Positions 13,601 to 26,515 of a DNA stretch of 64,000 nt are shown piece after piece. This stretch comes from Ptychomitrium polyphyllum (lineage: Eukaryota): contig OZ316775.1 of the NCBI GenBank assembly GCA_973851085.1, forward strand, positions 8,494,001-8,558,000, read 5' to 3'. Position 1 is the first letter of the stretch. Every line of letters begins with the position of its first letter. A model generated the notes under the pieces. The model made no database searches, was not told the DNA's origin, and saw only the letters and a program-made list of their open reading frames with translations. The translations under genes were made by a program, and so were the position numbers.

Positions 13601-14060
13601 GCAGCTCGTAGATGTGGCCGGACAAGCCCGGTCGGGGTGGAGAGAACGCAGAGCCGGTCTGGGTCCGTGGACGTGAGAGGGCACGTGGGAGAAACCGAGC
13701 GAGCGTGTGTGAGAGTGGGAAAGGGACTCGTCCGTCGAGGCAGTGCGCACCGGAGGCTGTGGAGCGAGCTGGTGGGCTTGGGAATGCTCGCTTGCCACCG
13801 GAATGTGGTTTTCACTGAACCTTGCACCCGGAAGCATTGGCACGGGAGTGGCGGTTCTCGACCGCAGTGGGTTTGCGTGGGAATGTTTTATGCGGTTTAT
13901 GCTGGACAGTATGGGGATCTATCGAGCTGAGTCTGAACGAGATGGTTGACGACGTGCACGGCGCCGTTGCGAAGTAGATGTGTATTGCGAAATGTGAATG
14001 CGTTGGAGTCCTTTTTGTGTAAAGCTAGCGTGACATCGTGGAGGATGTTTAGGCTTTTTT
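10688..14060 (+). repeat. Direct repeat copy 1 (3.37 kb, near-identical to 40523-43895)
   Basis: ORF tracks match at a constant offset of 29835; the only difference noticed is T13888 vs C43723. Imperfect match continues to ~10647. Confidence 0.95.
11698..13037 (+). CDS. RTNLB: Reticulon-like protein (RTNLB family), 239 aa, 5 coding exons: 11698-11860, 11988-12168, 12380-12521, 12684-12753, 12874-13037
   Basis: All introns GT..AG and phases consistent (720 nt). Protein has VHQILGGGRAADSALWRDKYLSAGTLGG...LFVWSN...DVALGKDFKLFL...WFNFLT...VPFIYDKYEDVID and ends AKKKL*, a KKXX ER-retrieval signal. 5'UTR acceptor at 11654. Confidence 0.95.
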
Positions 14061-16249
14061 CAGTCGTCGAGGTAGCGCGATCGGGTCCTCTGAGTGAGGA
14101 TTAATCCTCGCGGGCTTTATTTGCGTGTGGGGAAGTGTTTGGTTTTTCTATTTCGTTAGTGGTTGTTGGCAGTTTGAAACGGTGGAATGATTCAGCATTA
14201 TACTCTGGGCGTGGTTTTGGTTTTCTGTGTCGTCGTGATTGTATGTAGAAGATTCCTAAGGTTGCGTGCAGGTGGAGGTTATCCGGTTTTTGAAGAGTGT
14301 CATTAGGGGTTTGTAGGCGCCGTTTGTCGCTTTTTGAGACGTGGGATTGTTTGAGTGACGTCACTCTTGTCGTTCGAATTTTTGAATGTGACTGTCCTGA
14401 CGGTCTTTGACGTTGGGGTTATACTGGCCTGCAGCATGGGTGCTTTGGTGTTTGTATTACTTGTCTTTTGTTGAAGAAGTTACCTGCCACTAGTCGCGGC
14501 GTTCGTGTCAGTAGGGTAGTAGATTATGATTTTATTGCGGTTAGTAATTATTATTGGCTGTCTTTTGGTTAGTGTTGATCTGAAATTTTGGTTATTGGTT
14601 TAGGAAAAGCTTTTTGATTTTACGATGAGGTTCTTTTTGGTAGGTTAATTTATCAGTAGCGTAAATTCCTCCAATTGCTCGACAGATAAATAGTTAAATC
14701 CTTTTAGTAGAGATTAGTATTGCAGTTTTTCACTTTAATTATGTCCATTCTCAATATTGGTTGGCATTTCAATCTTTAAATGTGTAAATACAAATTTTCA
14801 ATATAATATTATTATCGAAATGAATGGAATAAGAATATAAATTAAGAGTTAGATTATAAAATATATTGATTGTTTGTTTTTTGTCATGTTATTTATATTT
14901 GGTTTATAGAATTGTTACTGGTGGATTGTGTAGGAGATGGAAGTAAGAGTTAAATGGCAGAGTTGTTATTACATATATGTATTTTTATTCTTGGATAAAT
15001 TGTATTTCCAATGTATGTCTTTTAATGTGGTTTAATATATTTTAATTGTGCAAATTGTTAGAATTTGTATTTATACATTTATGCATTCTTATCTATGGAT
15101 TATTATAAATTTATAAAATTTAGAGGTAGTTGTTGTAAAATTCTGTTTTTTACATGCCTTTTTTGTTCAATTTTATTTTAAAATTTCTTTTGATGTATTG
15201 AAATGATGTTGCTATTCTTGACAGTCATTCATATTACCACTTAATACTTCGTACAACAAAAGATTGGAATATCTTATTTTTTTATAATCACGTGTAGATA
15301 TATTAGATTTAGGAATTCAACTTAAGATGGAATTCTAATAAATGGCCTTGTTCATAAAATTTGGTGGAATATTAATTGATTAATTTACAAATGAAGAATT
15401 ATAATTGGTTCTATTATGTTTATCCAAGTAATAAACATCAATTAAATAATGTAACAAAGGATTTGAATGCTAACATGTTTTTTTAATATATATATATTAT
15501 GAGTTTAACGTAAAGTAAGGGTGATAGTAAAGGATATTTAGGAGGAAAGAAGAACTTCTATATTAAACTATAATAAAATTCATTAAGGTCACAACTAGTT
15601 TTTGGATCATTAACTAAAAGGGACAAAAATCTAGAACAATTGAGTTTCGTTTGTTATGTGTAATGAATGCCGAAAACACACATTGTAAAGAAAGTTGAAG
15701 TTTTTATTGGAATTAAAGTGTTAGTAAGCGTTTTTGGCTAGGATGTAATGAATTTGGAAGATTATCAAACAAAATTCTTCAAAGTATTTTCTTAGTTCAC
15801 AAAGTTATTAGAATTTTGGATATGCCAATTAATTGCTGAATAAAAGAATGCTTCACAATTAACTTTTAAATATTGAATTAGCTATTTCAAGACAATGCTA
15901 ATAGAATAGCTTTCATGTAAGGAGGGTCACTTCTTCAATTGTGGAAGAAGTATAAAAGATTCTAACAGTATTGCACTTACCAAAGATAATTCTTATGGCA
16001 TAATTGTAGATTGTAGAAAACAAATATTTAGATTTAACACTATTATTGTTCTAAAAAGATGTATAAATAGATGTCATAAATAATGTTGCAAGCGCTAAGA
16101 GTGGACTTTTGGAACTTGTTTCAAACATGGTTGTATCAAACAAGAAGTTTGAATTCAATCAATAATTGCTTTAATACAAGGTAGAAGATAAAGCCTCATC
16201 AAAGACATTTCTTTATCATTCCTTATTTAAAGTGCTAGAGCATGAGAAG

Positions 16250-16900
16250 AAATTGCATTGTGTTCTTCTATAAAAGAGGAGCAATAACAAATACCTTCAA
16301 GTAGCACCTCCTATTGCTTTTAAGGCACCATTTCCTAGATTGTATTACTAAATGTATTTATAAAACTTTTTGTCATTCCTTTGAAAATGATACTATAGCA
16401 ACAGAGAGAAGTTCAAACATGAATGGAAAACATTTCCTTAGATTTATGCCTTTTTTTTTATGGATTGAGCTATTAATTTTTATTTCAAGAACATCAATAT
16501 TATACAACATTTTTGTTTTCACATGCTAAAAGTGTAAAAAACTTATGCTACTCATGATTTGTATGCAAGCCAATAAAAGTGTCTTATAATAAAATTTAGA
16601 CATCTTCTAACATCTATTGATTTCTTGTTATTACTTGAGAAGCAAAGGAGTTGTAATGCAAACTCTATTACTTTAATAAGTATGTATAGTGGACCAAAAA
16701 CTATACCAACTTTGAAATAGATAGTGTTGCTTGTTTGAAAATGGTGGTTACTTAAAACAATGATTCTTTTCAACAAATATAACCTAAGATTTAAATGATG
16801 AACACTAAGCTTTAAGAAAAAAATATTGTGAAATTGAGGTCCACAATGCCATATTCTTTTATCAAACAATAAAATAATGAAGGAACTTTTTTCTTAATAT
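16250..16900 (+). mobile_element. Possible decayed Helitron Rep/helicase fragment
   Basis: Degenerate peptide pieces in the expected order: ITKCIYK (cf. IKYLYKY), IELLIF (cf. VERLxFHL), VDQKLYQL (cf. VDGxxYxTF). Many frameshifts; recognition by eye only. Confidence 0.3.
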
Positions 16901-16923
16901 AAAGCTACAATGATTAGCCTATT

Positions 16924-17204
16924 CATTAAAGACACAAGAAATAAGAAGGAAATACATAGCACTTTTTGAGAATTAGCTTCCAAAGAACTAATGATTAACA
17001 ATAACTCATACAAAGACTGCAGCATGGCAGAATACAATATGATCCACAACTTGTGTTAGGAAGACTAAGGAATACCTTGTCTTGCCTCTTATTTATACTA
17101 TGACACTTATATCTTTTAAGATACTTCTAAAGAAGATTTTTACAAAGCTTAAGAATGTTCATTAAGTTTATGGAACTATTTAAAGAAAATTTTCAAGGAA
17201 TTAG
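16924..17204 (-). mobile_element. Partial LTR, probably the 3' LTR of element D (pairs with 34286-34701); interrupted by element A
   Basis: Shares variants (gaactaatg, gcatggca, aatatgatcc, cttatatctttta, ttttacaaagc) with 34286-34701 that the younger LTRs lack. Confidence 0.7.
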
Positions 17205-19989
17205 TGTTAGGGATACAAGAAACAAGAAGCAGAAACGAAGTGTTTCCGAAGAATTAGCTTCGAAAGAGCTAATGATTAACAAGAACTTGACACAATGACT
17301 GAAACAAGGCAGGATTCAAGATGATTCACAACTAAGACTAAGAAATACCTTGTCTTTCCTCCTATTTAAACTATGACATTTGTATCTCGTAGGATACTTC
17401 TAAAGAAGCTTCCTACAAGGCTTAAGAATGTTCTAGAAGTCTAGAGAACCTTCCCAAGAAGTTTCCTAAGATGTTGAAATTTTCCTTGGAAGTTTCCTAA
17501 GATGGACGAACCTTCCTTGGAAGTTTCCTAAGGTGATAGAATCTTTGTAGGAAGTTTCTTAAAAAGTTACCTAAGATGATAGAACCTTCTTAGGAAGTTT
17601 TCTGAGGTGGAAGAACTTTTCTAGAAAGCTTTCTAAGAACACTCCTAAGAAGTTTTTTAAGAACATAGAAAGGCTATGGAGACATTTAAATATATTTTAA
17701 GAAACTATTATATATATATATTAGAAGGTTCTAAAGTGTTTTAAAAACTATGTTGCATGATTTATGCCCGTAACATCACCTCCCCATTTAGCGACGAGTT
17801 CCATGACTTGTCACATTTCTTTTCTTTGCTTGCTTGTCACATTTCTACAAATTTCAAAACTCGTCGAAGGAGTGAAGCAACATATTCAACTTGTTGTGGA
17901 TATTCCATTTCATTATTGATTTCCAGCAATGAGGTGGAGGGACAATTCTTTCTGGTATACATGATTTGTTATAGGTTTCCAACAACGATACGTAGAATAT
18001 TGGATGAATATACATGCTTGGTGGTAGTTTTATGCGATAACTAATCGGATTTATTTGATTGCTGATTTTAAACGGTCCCAACCTTTGATAGTCCAACTTC
18101 TTTGATGGTCTTTTTTGTTTGTATATTTTGTCGTAGAAGCTACACGCTATCTCCAACCTTGAACTTTGGATGGTCCTTTTGATAGTGATTTGTATAAGTT
18201 TTGTAATGATTTTGAGCTTGTTGTAACCTGGAAGGCAATTTCTTAATGGATTTTAGCAAGTTGAATTGCAAAATCTTCTATTGCAGGATTTCCAACATAC
18301 TCCATTTGAAATGAATCTGCTCGAAGATAATGCCCATAGTTTGGAAAGAATGGACTCTGAGTTGTTGAAGAATGTACCGTATTGTTGTAAGCAAACTTTG
18401 CTAATGGCAAGAGATCCATCCAGTTGTCTTGCTGGTAGTTTATACTACAATGAAGGTATTGTTCCAAAATTTAATTCACACGTTCGGTTTGACCATTAGT
18501 TTGCGGATGGTGTGCTGAAGAAAAGTTGATCTTTACTTGCAACAGCTCGAATAGAATCTTCTAAAAGTTGGAAATGAACTACGGCCCTTGATCAAATACA
18601 AAATCATTTAATAGTCCATGTATGCGGTAGCCGTGATTTAGGAACAACTTGGCAATTTCTTCTCCCATTACCGTCTCGCTGCATGGAATGAAATGTGCCA
18701 TTTTGGTAAATTGATCTACCACTATCAAAATAAAATCCTTAGAATCAGAGTTTAGAAGGTCCGTAATAAAATCCATTGATAAAGACAACCATGCGCCCTT
18801 TGGCACTAGAAGCAAATGGAGGAGACCATGAAGTTGGTATCTTGGTACCTTGGCTCTTGCACAAGTGTTGCATGATCAAACAAAGTCCTTCACGTTCTTC
18901 GACATTTGTAGCCACTAATAGTCTCTAGCAATCAATTCCACTATTTTATTGAATCCAAAATATTCTACTGCTGGAAAATCATGAAGTGCTTGAAGGATCT
19001 TCAACCGCAAAGGGCCTGGACGTAGATACAAAAGTCCTTTATAATAAAATGGGCCCTCTTGGAATTCAAAATCCTCATCGCCATTTGAAAGATCTCCATT
19101 ATCTTTGAGGCGCTTCTTTATATTTGAAACAAAGATATTATTCTTTAATGCCTTCCAAATTTCATCAAATGGAATGTTGTCGTACTAATGGCTGCTTTCA
19201 ATTGAAGATTCTCTAACTTCAATAAAATAATCCTTTGTTGATCCAAAACATCAACTCCAGGCTGAGGGACTAAAGAAGATCTTTTGAGATAAGGCATCTG
19301 GCTTACCTTGTAGGCTACTAGGTTGATAGGTAATGACAAAGCCAAATTTGAAAAGCGATATACTCCATCTTCCTTGACGGCGATTCAAAACACGCGCACT
19401 CATGAAATACTCCAAGTTCTTGTGGTCTGTGTGTATCGTGATGGTATGTTGAGCTCCTTCCAACAAGTGTTGGCATTCTTCAAACGCATCCACAATTGCA
19501 AGTAATTCTTTATTATGGATATCATAGTTGATCACTGCCGCTGAGAATTTTCTTAAACGAAAGGCAAGAGGGTGAAATCTCCTGTCTTCATCATATTGTA
19601 AACGTACTGAGCCAAGTGCAAAATCTAAGGCATTTACTTCCAAATAAAAAGGCTTAAATGGATTTAAATGAATAAGGATTAGAGCCGATGTGAATGACGT
19701 CTTAAGACTTTAAAATGCTTTTTTCGCCTTTACATTCCAAATGAATCTTTATTTCTCCATAAAACGTGTTAATGGTGCCGCAATCTTGAAATAATCCTTG
19801 ATAAATATCCTGTAGAAGTTTGCAAATCCCAAGAAGCATTGAACATCTTGGATTGATCTTGGAGTATTCTACTAAATGACAGTGCTTATTTTCTTCTTAT
19901 CTATATGGATTCCTCCTTTGGAAATGATGTAGCCTAAAAATTCAACCAAGGATTCATGGAAAAGGCACTTCTTCAATTTGGCATACAAT
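17205..19989 (-). mobile_element. Chromovirus element A: 3' LTR (17205-17775), integrase, RNase H and partial RT; truncated
   Basis: TG..CA LTR with adjacent PPT; ORF fragments 18243-18815 (integrase) and 19251-19643 (RNase H); cut in RT at 19989 by the LTR of element B. Confidence 0.9.
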
Positions 19990-22900
19990 TGTTAGGGACA
20001 CAAGAAACAAGAAGCAAAAATGAAGTGATTTCCAAGAATTAGCTTCCATAGAGCTAATGATTAACAAGAACTTGATACAAAGACTAGAACAAGGTAGGAT
20101 TCAAGATGATTCACAACTTGTGTTGGCAAGACTAAGGAATACCTTGTCTTGCCTCCTATTTATACTATGACGTTTGAATCTCCTAGGATACTTCTAAAGA
20201 AGCTTCCTACAAGGCTTAAGAATGTTCTGGAAGTCTGGGGAACCTTCTAAAGAGTCTTCCAAGGAGTTGGAACCTTCCTAAGAGTCTTCCAAGGAATTGG
20301 AACCTTCCTTGGAAGTTTCCTAAAGTAGCGGAACCTTCCTTGGAAGTTTCCTGAAGAGGTAGAACCTTCCTAGGAAGTTTCCTAAGGTGATGGAAGCTTC
20401 CTAGGAAGTAATCTAAGATGATAGAACCTTCCTAGGAAGTTTCTTAAGGTGGAGGAACTTTCCTGGGAAGCTTCCTAAAAACATAAAAAAGGCTATGGAG
20501 ACATCTAAAAGTATTCTAAGAAACTATTCTAGTATATTAGAAGGTTCTCAAATGTTCTAAGGATTATGTTGCATGATCTATGTCCGTGACATCACCTCCC
20601 CTTTTAGCGACGAGTCCCATGAGGAGCTCTTTTCTTGGCTTGCTTGTCACATTTCTACAAATTCCAAAATTTGTCAAAGGAGTGAAGCAACATATTCTGC
20701 TTGTTGTTCTCTGTTCACTGGCTCAACTGGTCCTTGCAAGAAGCGTCGATGGCCACCAGCCAAGACTTCTGTTGTTGAAATGTTCCATTCCAAGATCTGA
20801 TCTTGATTAAGTCCTTCAAAACATCCTCCAAACAAGATTTCGGGTCCTCCAGGGGTGACTCTTCCAATTTCCAATAAGATGACTAGAGCGCGAGCATCTG
20901 AATCAAGACTGGAATGTGAAGGGCGACTAGTCAATACTTCTGCACGAGGTCGTACTCGACGTTGGGATGTCCCTCTCATATCTTGACTTAGATCCTCCGT
21001 TACCGAGGGCTAAGAAAGTTGAGTTGGCTCAACAGATGCTGTTGTTGATGAAGGCATGGCCGACTGCTCTTTACGCATATCCATGATAACACAAAGATTT
21101 GACATACTGGCTAGGATCTAGAAATGATCTATCTTGGAAATAATGCTGCATACAATTGGAGGTCTGGATATCTCTCCTCCCTTCTTATACTTGTCTACAA
21201 AGGAAAAACTTCTCTGTGAAGCTAACGGCTGCTGATGACACATCATCACTGATCTGGTTTCTGAGGATATTTTTGATGAAATTTGCTTACCTTCTCGGAT
21301 GCGTTTGTTACATTCGTTGAAGGTTCCCATGTTCGGTCATTGATGCCATATCCTTGCCAATGTATAAGATACTCCACACGTCCGTTCTTGATGCGTGAAT
21401 CTAAGATATCTTCCACTTCATATTCAATTTTATTATTGATTTCCAGCGGAGGAGGCGGAGGGACAATTCTCTCTGGTAAACATGATTTGTAATAGGTTTC
21501 CAACAACAATACGTGGAACACTGGATGAATTTGCATGCTTGGTGGTAGCTTTAGGCGATAACTAACCGGATTTATTTGTTTGTTGATTTCAAACGGTCCA
21601 AGCCTTTGATAGTCCAACTTCTTTGATGGTCTTTTTGTCTGTATATTTTGTTGTAGGAGCCATACGCTATCTCCAACCTTGAACTTTGGATGGTCCTTCC
21701 GATGGCGATCTGCATAAGTTTTGTAACGATCTTGAGCTTGTTGTAATTGGAAGGTAATTTCTTGATGGATTTTAGCAAGTTGAATTGCAAAATCCTCTGC
21801 TGCAGGACTTCCAACATGCTTCACTTGAAATGGATCTGTTCCAGGATGATGGCCATAGTTTGCAAATAATGGACTTTGAGTTGTTCAAGAAGGCACCGTA
21901 TTGTTATAAGCAAATTCTGCCAAAGGCAAGAGATCCATCCAGTTGTCTTGCTGGTAGTTTATGCTACAACGAAGGTATTGCTCCAAAATTTGATTCACAC
22001 GTTCGGTTTGGCCATCAATTTGTGGATGGTGTGCTGAAGAAAGATTGATCTTTACACGCAATAGCTGGAATAGAGCCCTCCAAAAGTTAGAAATGAATTG
22101 CGGCCCCCGATTGGATACAATATCATCTGGTAGTCCATAAATGCAGTAGTTGTGATTTAAAAACAACTTGGCAGTTTCTTCTTCCGTTACCGTCTTATTG
22201 CATGGAATGAAATGTGCCATTTTTGTAAATCGATCCACCACTACCAAAATAGAATCCTTAGAATCGGAATTTGGAAGGTCCGTGATAAAATCCATTGATA
22301 AAGACAACCATGGGCCCCTTGGCACTGGAAGCGGATGGAAGAGACCATGAGATTGGTGCCTTGGTACCTTGGCTCTTGCACAAGTGTCGCATGATCGAAT
22401 AAAGTCCTTTACGTACTTCCACATTTGTGGCCACCAATAGTCTCTAGCAATCAATTTCATTGTTTTATTGAATCCAAAATGTCCTGCTGCTAGAAAATCA
22501 TGACGTGCTTGAAGGATCTTCAACCGCAAAGGGTCTGGAGGTAGGTACAAAAGTCCTTTATAATAAAGTAGGCCCTCTTGGAATTCAAAGTCTTCATTGC
22601 TATTTGAAGGATTTCCATTGTCTTGGAGGCGCTTCTTTATATTTGAAACAAAGACGTCATTCTTGAAAGCCTTCCGAATTTCGTCAAAATGGGATGTTGT
22701 CGTAATAATGGCTGCTTTCAATTGAAGATTCTCAGGCTTCAATAAAATAGTCCTTTGTTGATTCAAAACATCATCTCCAGGTTGAGGAGCTAAATAAGAT
22801 CTTCAAGATAAGGCATCTGGCTTATCTTGCAAGCTACCAGATCGATAGGTAATGACAAATTCAAATCTGGAAAGCGACATACTCCACCTTGCTTGACGGC

Positions 22901-23623
22901 GATTCAAAACGCGCGCACTCATGAAATACTCCAAGTTTTTGTGATCTGTGTATATCGTGATGGTATGTTGAGCTCCTTCCAATAAGTGTCGCCATTCTTC
23001 AAACGCATCTACAATTGCAAGTAGTTCTTTATCATGTATATCATAGTTGATCTCTGCCGCTCAGAACTTCCTTGAACGAAAGGCAAGAGGGTGAAGTCTC
23101 CCGTCTTCATCATATTGTGAGAGTACTGAGCCAAGCGCAAAATCTGAGGCATTTGCTTCCAAATAGAAAGGCTTTGATGGATTTGGATGAATAAGAATTG
23201 GAGCCGACGTGAATGACTTCTTAAGACTTTGAAATGCTTTTTCCGCCTCTTCATCCCAAATGAATTTTTGCTTCCCCATAAGACGTGTTAATGGTGCCGC
23301 AATATTGGAATAATTCTTGATGAATATTCTATAGAAGTTTGCAAATCCCAAGAAGCATTGAACATCTCGAATTGATCTTGGCGTACTCCACTCCGTGACA
23401 GTGCTTATTTTTTTCTTATCCATATGGATTCCTCCTTTGGAAATGATGTAGCCTAAAAATTCAACCGATGATTCATGGAAAAGGCACTTCTCCAATTTGG
23501 CATATAATCCTCGCTGGCGTAGTTTTTCTAGGACCATTTGCACATGACATTCGTGGTCTTGTTCATCCTTTGAATATATCAGAATGTTAACTAAGTAGTT
23601 GACTACAAAATCATTAAGATGTT
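19990..23623 (-). mobile_element. Chromovirus element B: 3' LTR (19990-20591), extra ORF, chromodomain, integrase, RNase H, partial RT; left arm of the inverted repeat
   Basis: ORFs 21246-21824, 21885-22766 and 23061-23543 translate identically to their counterparts within 27703-30000; mirror coordinates sum to 51246. Confidence 0.95.
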
Positions 23624-25675
23624 AAAGTAGTAATTATTAGATAAGGATTTGATAAAAGAGATTAAGGGCTGATATAGAGAAATATAGGTGATGTGGAGTT
23701 ATAGGGGGCAGATGTGGCGGATGTGGCAGTTTAATTACCGCCCTCTTCTTCTCTCTTGGCCTCTACCACTAAAATAAAAGGCAGCCTTTCTTTAGGTGAG
23801 ATCTCATAGTATACTTCTTAGTTTGAGTTGATTGTTGTTGGAGGATTTTTCTTTTGTGTAGGCTTTTCAAAAAGCTATCGCACGCTCCATTAGGAGTTAA
23901 TATGTGGTCGTGGCTTTAGTTTGAATAATTAAAGTTAGCTACCTTGACTTTTTAAGGGTAACTATTTAAATGTTTGTAACTTCTTGTAGAAACATCTTTT
24001 GTAAGTGAAATTTTGAAAGAAAGGTTTAGATTACTTTGAAAAAGTAGTATCAAAATTTGATAAGCATTGAACTTTTTGAGTAAAAAATATAAAGAAAAAT
24101 GCAACCAGGACCTAGAGGGCAATGTACAGTAGAGTTTGGAGTTGCACAATTTGGGTCATTGTATATGATTAAGGAGATTTCTGAAGTTGATCTTTTGACA
24201 GGGTGTTTATTATAAGATATACATTATATACACAAAGTTTAAAGTTTGAGTTTGCAATGAAAGAAGAGTTATTTAGTGGTAAAGTGATAGGGGTATAGAA
24301 GCTGTAGCCATGAAGAATGTAAATTGTGAAGTTATGGATCCTAGAGGGTACTAAGGATTAAGCAATCAAAATTTATATATAGCTTATTGAATGTTTCAAT
24401 AAGATTTTGTTAAGATATTTTGATGCTTTTGATTAATTTATTAGAAGTTATGACATATTTAGCATTTGGGATTTTCAAGGCAGCGTAGAAGGAAAATTTG
24501 GAATAGCGTATTTGCTTCATTGGATGTTAGAAATTTAAACTTTTTATGCATCTTGACCTTGATCAATTAGATGCTAAAAAAGACCCTATGTTTCTTATAC
24601 CTACCACTCTCACCATAACATTGTTTAAAGGCAATTCTCAACATGCACACTCATAAAGTGTCAAGTACATGAATCATGCAACATAGTCCTTAGAACATTT
24701 GAGAACCTTCTAATATACTAGAATAGTTTCTTAGAATACTTTTAGATGTCTCCATAGTCTTTTTTATGTTTTTAGGAAGCTTTCCAGGAAAGTTCCTCCA
24801 CCTTAAGAAACTTCCTAGGAAGGTTCTATCATCTAAGATTACTTCCTAGGAAGCTTCCATCACCTTAGCAAACTTCCTCGGAAGGTTCTACCTCTTCAGG
24901 AAACTTCCTAAGAAGGTTCCGCTACCTTGGGAAACTTCCAAGGAAGGTTCCAATTCCTTGAAAGCTTCCAAAGAAGGTTCCAACATCTTAGGAAACTTCT
25001 TAGGAAGGTTCCCTATATTTCCAGAACATTCTTAAGCCTTGTAGGAAGCTTCTTTAAAAGTATCATAGGAGATACAAACGTCCTAGTATAAATAGGAGGC
25101 AAGATAAGGTATTCCTTACTCTTGCCAACACAAGTTGTGGATCATCTTGAATCCTACCTTGTTCTAGTCTTTGTATCAACTTCTTGTTAATCATTAGCTC
25201 TTTGGAAGCTAATTCTTGGAAAACACTTCGTTTTTGCTTCTTGTTTCTTGTGTCCTTAACAGTTTGGCAAGACTACTCTTCATCTTTGTCAGAGCTAAGG
25301 TTTTTTGAAGAAGATTGTGGATTACCCATCTTCTTTAGGATTCCATAGCGTCTTAGAGGTTGCGGATTACCCTCCTTCAAGCTGGCACCATAGAGTTGGT
25401 TTCTCCTTCTAGAATCAAGTATTACTTCTTTCAAAGGACGTGGATTTCCTCCTTTGAAGGTACTCATACTCTTTCTGTCTTTGAGAGTCTTAAGAAATGA
25501 ATAATGTGCTTGGAACATCAGAGAATAGATTTGCAACTATTGCAGACCTTCAAGAATTATTAAACACAGTTTGAACGGAACTCGCCTGTTTTAATACCAC
25601 CAACAATTTGGAGCAACACACTCGGCAAGCTGAAGAATCCAATGGTGATATTCAAAATTTATATCAAGAAGTAGT

Positions 25676-26515
25676 TTGATTACAGAGGCCAATATTAAAA
25701 GAGAAGGCTTACGTCAAACCCATGCAGAGCCAAAGATTTGCAAACCAGACAAGTTCAATAAATCAAGATCAAAATTGAGAGGCGTTGTTCAACAATTAAG
25801 ACTCTTCCTTAGTTTGCATCAATTTCGCTATCCTAAAGACACAACTCAAGTGAGATTTGTCATCACTATTTTATTAGACAATGTCTCATCGTGGTTTGCA
25901 CCATTAATGGAGAAGTTGTCACTATTATTCAACAAATTGGATACTTTTATAGAAGCATTGACATCTACTTTTGGAGTCACCAACCAAGAGAGGGTGGCTG
26001 AGACAAGGATCCAAAACCTACAACAAGAACAACACTCAGCAACTACATATGCTGCAGAGTTTTGACAATTAGCTTGCAACCTTGATTAGAATGATAAAGC
26101 CTTGGTCACAAGATTTCGATGGGGCTTAAGAGAGAATGTCAAGGACTTGCTACTCACAATGCCAAGAGTTGAAACATTGGACGAATTCATCACTCAAGCA
26201 ATAGCATGTAACAACAGATTATTTGAGAGGCGCCAAGAACAACGCTTGGGATGGCGACCAGTACATCAAAGCATGGGTACCACTTCTTCAAGAGTATCCG
26301 AAAGTCGACCGCAAGGACCAGAACCTATGCAAATTGATGCTGCCCAGTTCAGACGCTTGACTCCAGAAGAAAAAAAAAGGCGTCGAAGAGAAAACCTCTG
26401 CTTGTATTGTGGCAAGTCTGGACATAAAGTGCGCGACTGCCAAATCAAAGGATCTGCTTTTAAGGCTCAAAGCACAATGGTGGAGTTGGAAAACGAGGCT
26501 GTCCAGTCACAGTAG
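25676..26515 (+). pseudogene. gag: gag of element C (interrupted by stops)
   Basis: Retrotransposon gag-like core (KPDKF...SWFAPL...YAAEF), PEPMQID motif and zinc knuckle CLYCGKSGHKVRDC; premature stops near 26063 and 26087. Confidence 0.9.

Noticed and set aside
10856..13930. Long ORFs (339, 403, 172 aa etc.) on both strands in the GC tract, and their twins at 40691-43765
   Set aside because: Shadow ORFs expected at high GC; low-complexity P/T/H/R composition; the spliced reticulon explains the coding signal.
10688..14060. Horizontal transfer or contamination from a GC-rich organism
   Set aside because: The protein and exon layout look like a land-plant RTNLB, composition grades into the flanks, and both copies have homologous host-like upstream regions. 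Not formally excluded without a phylogeny.
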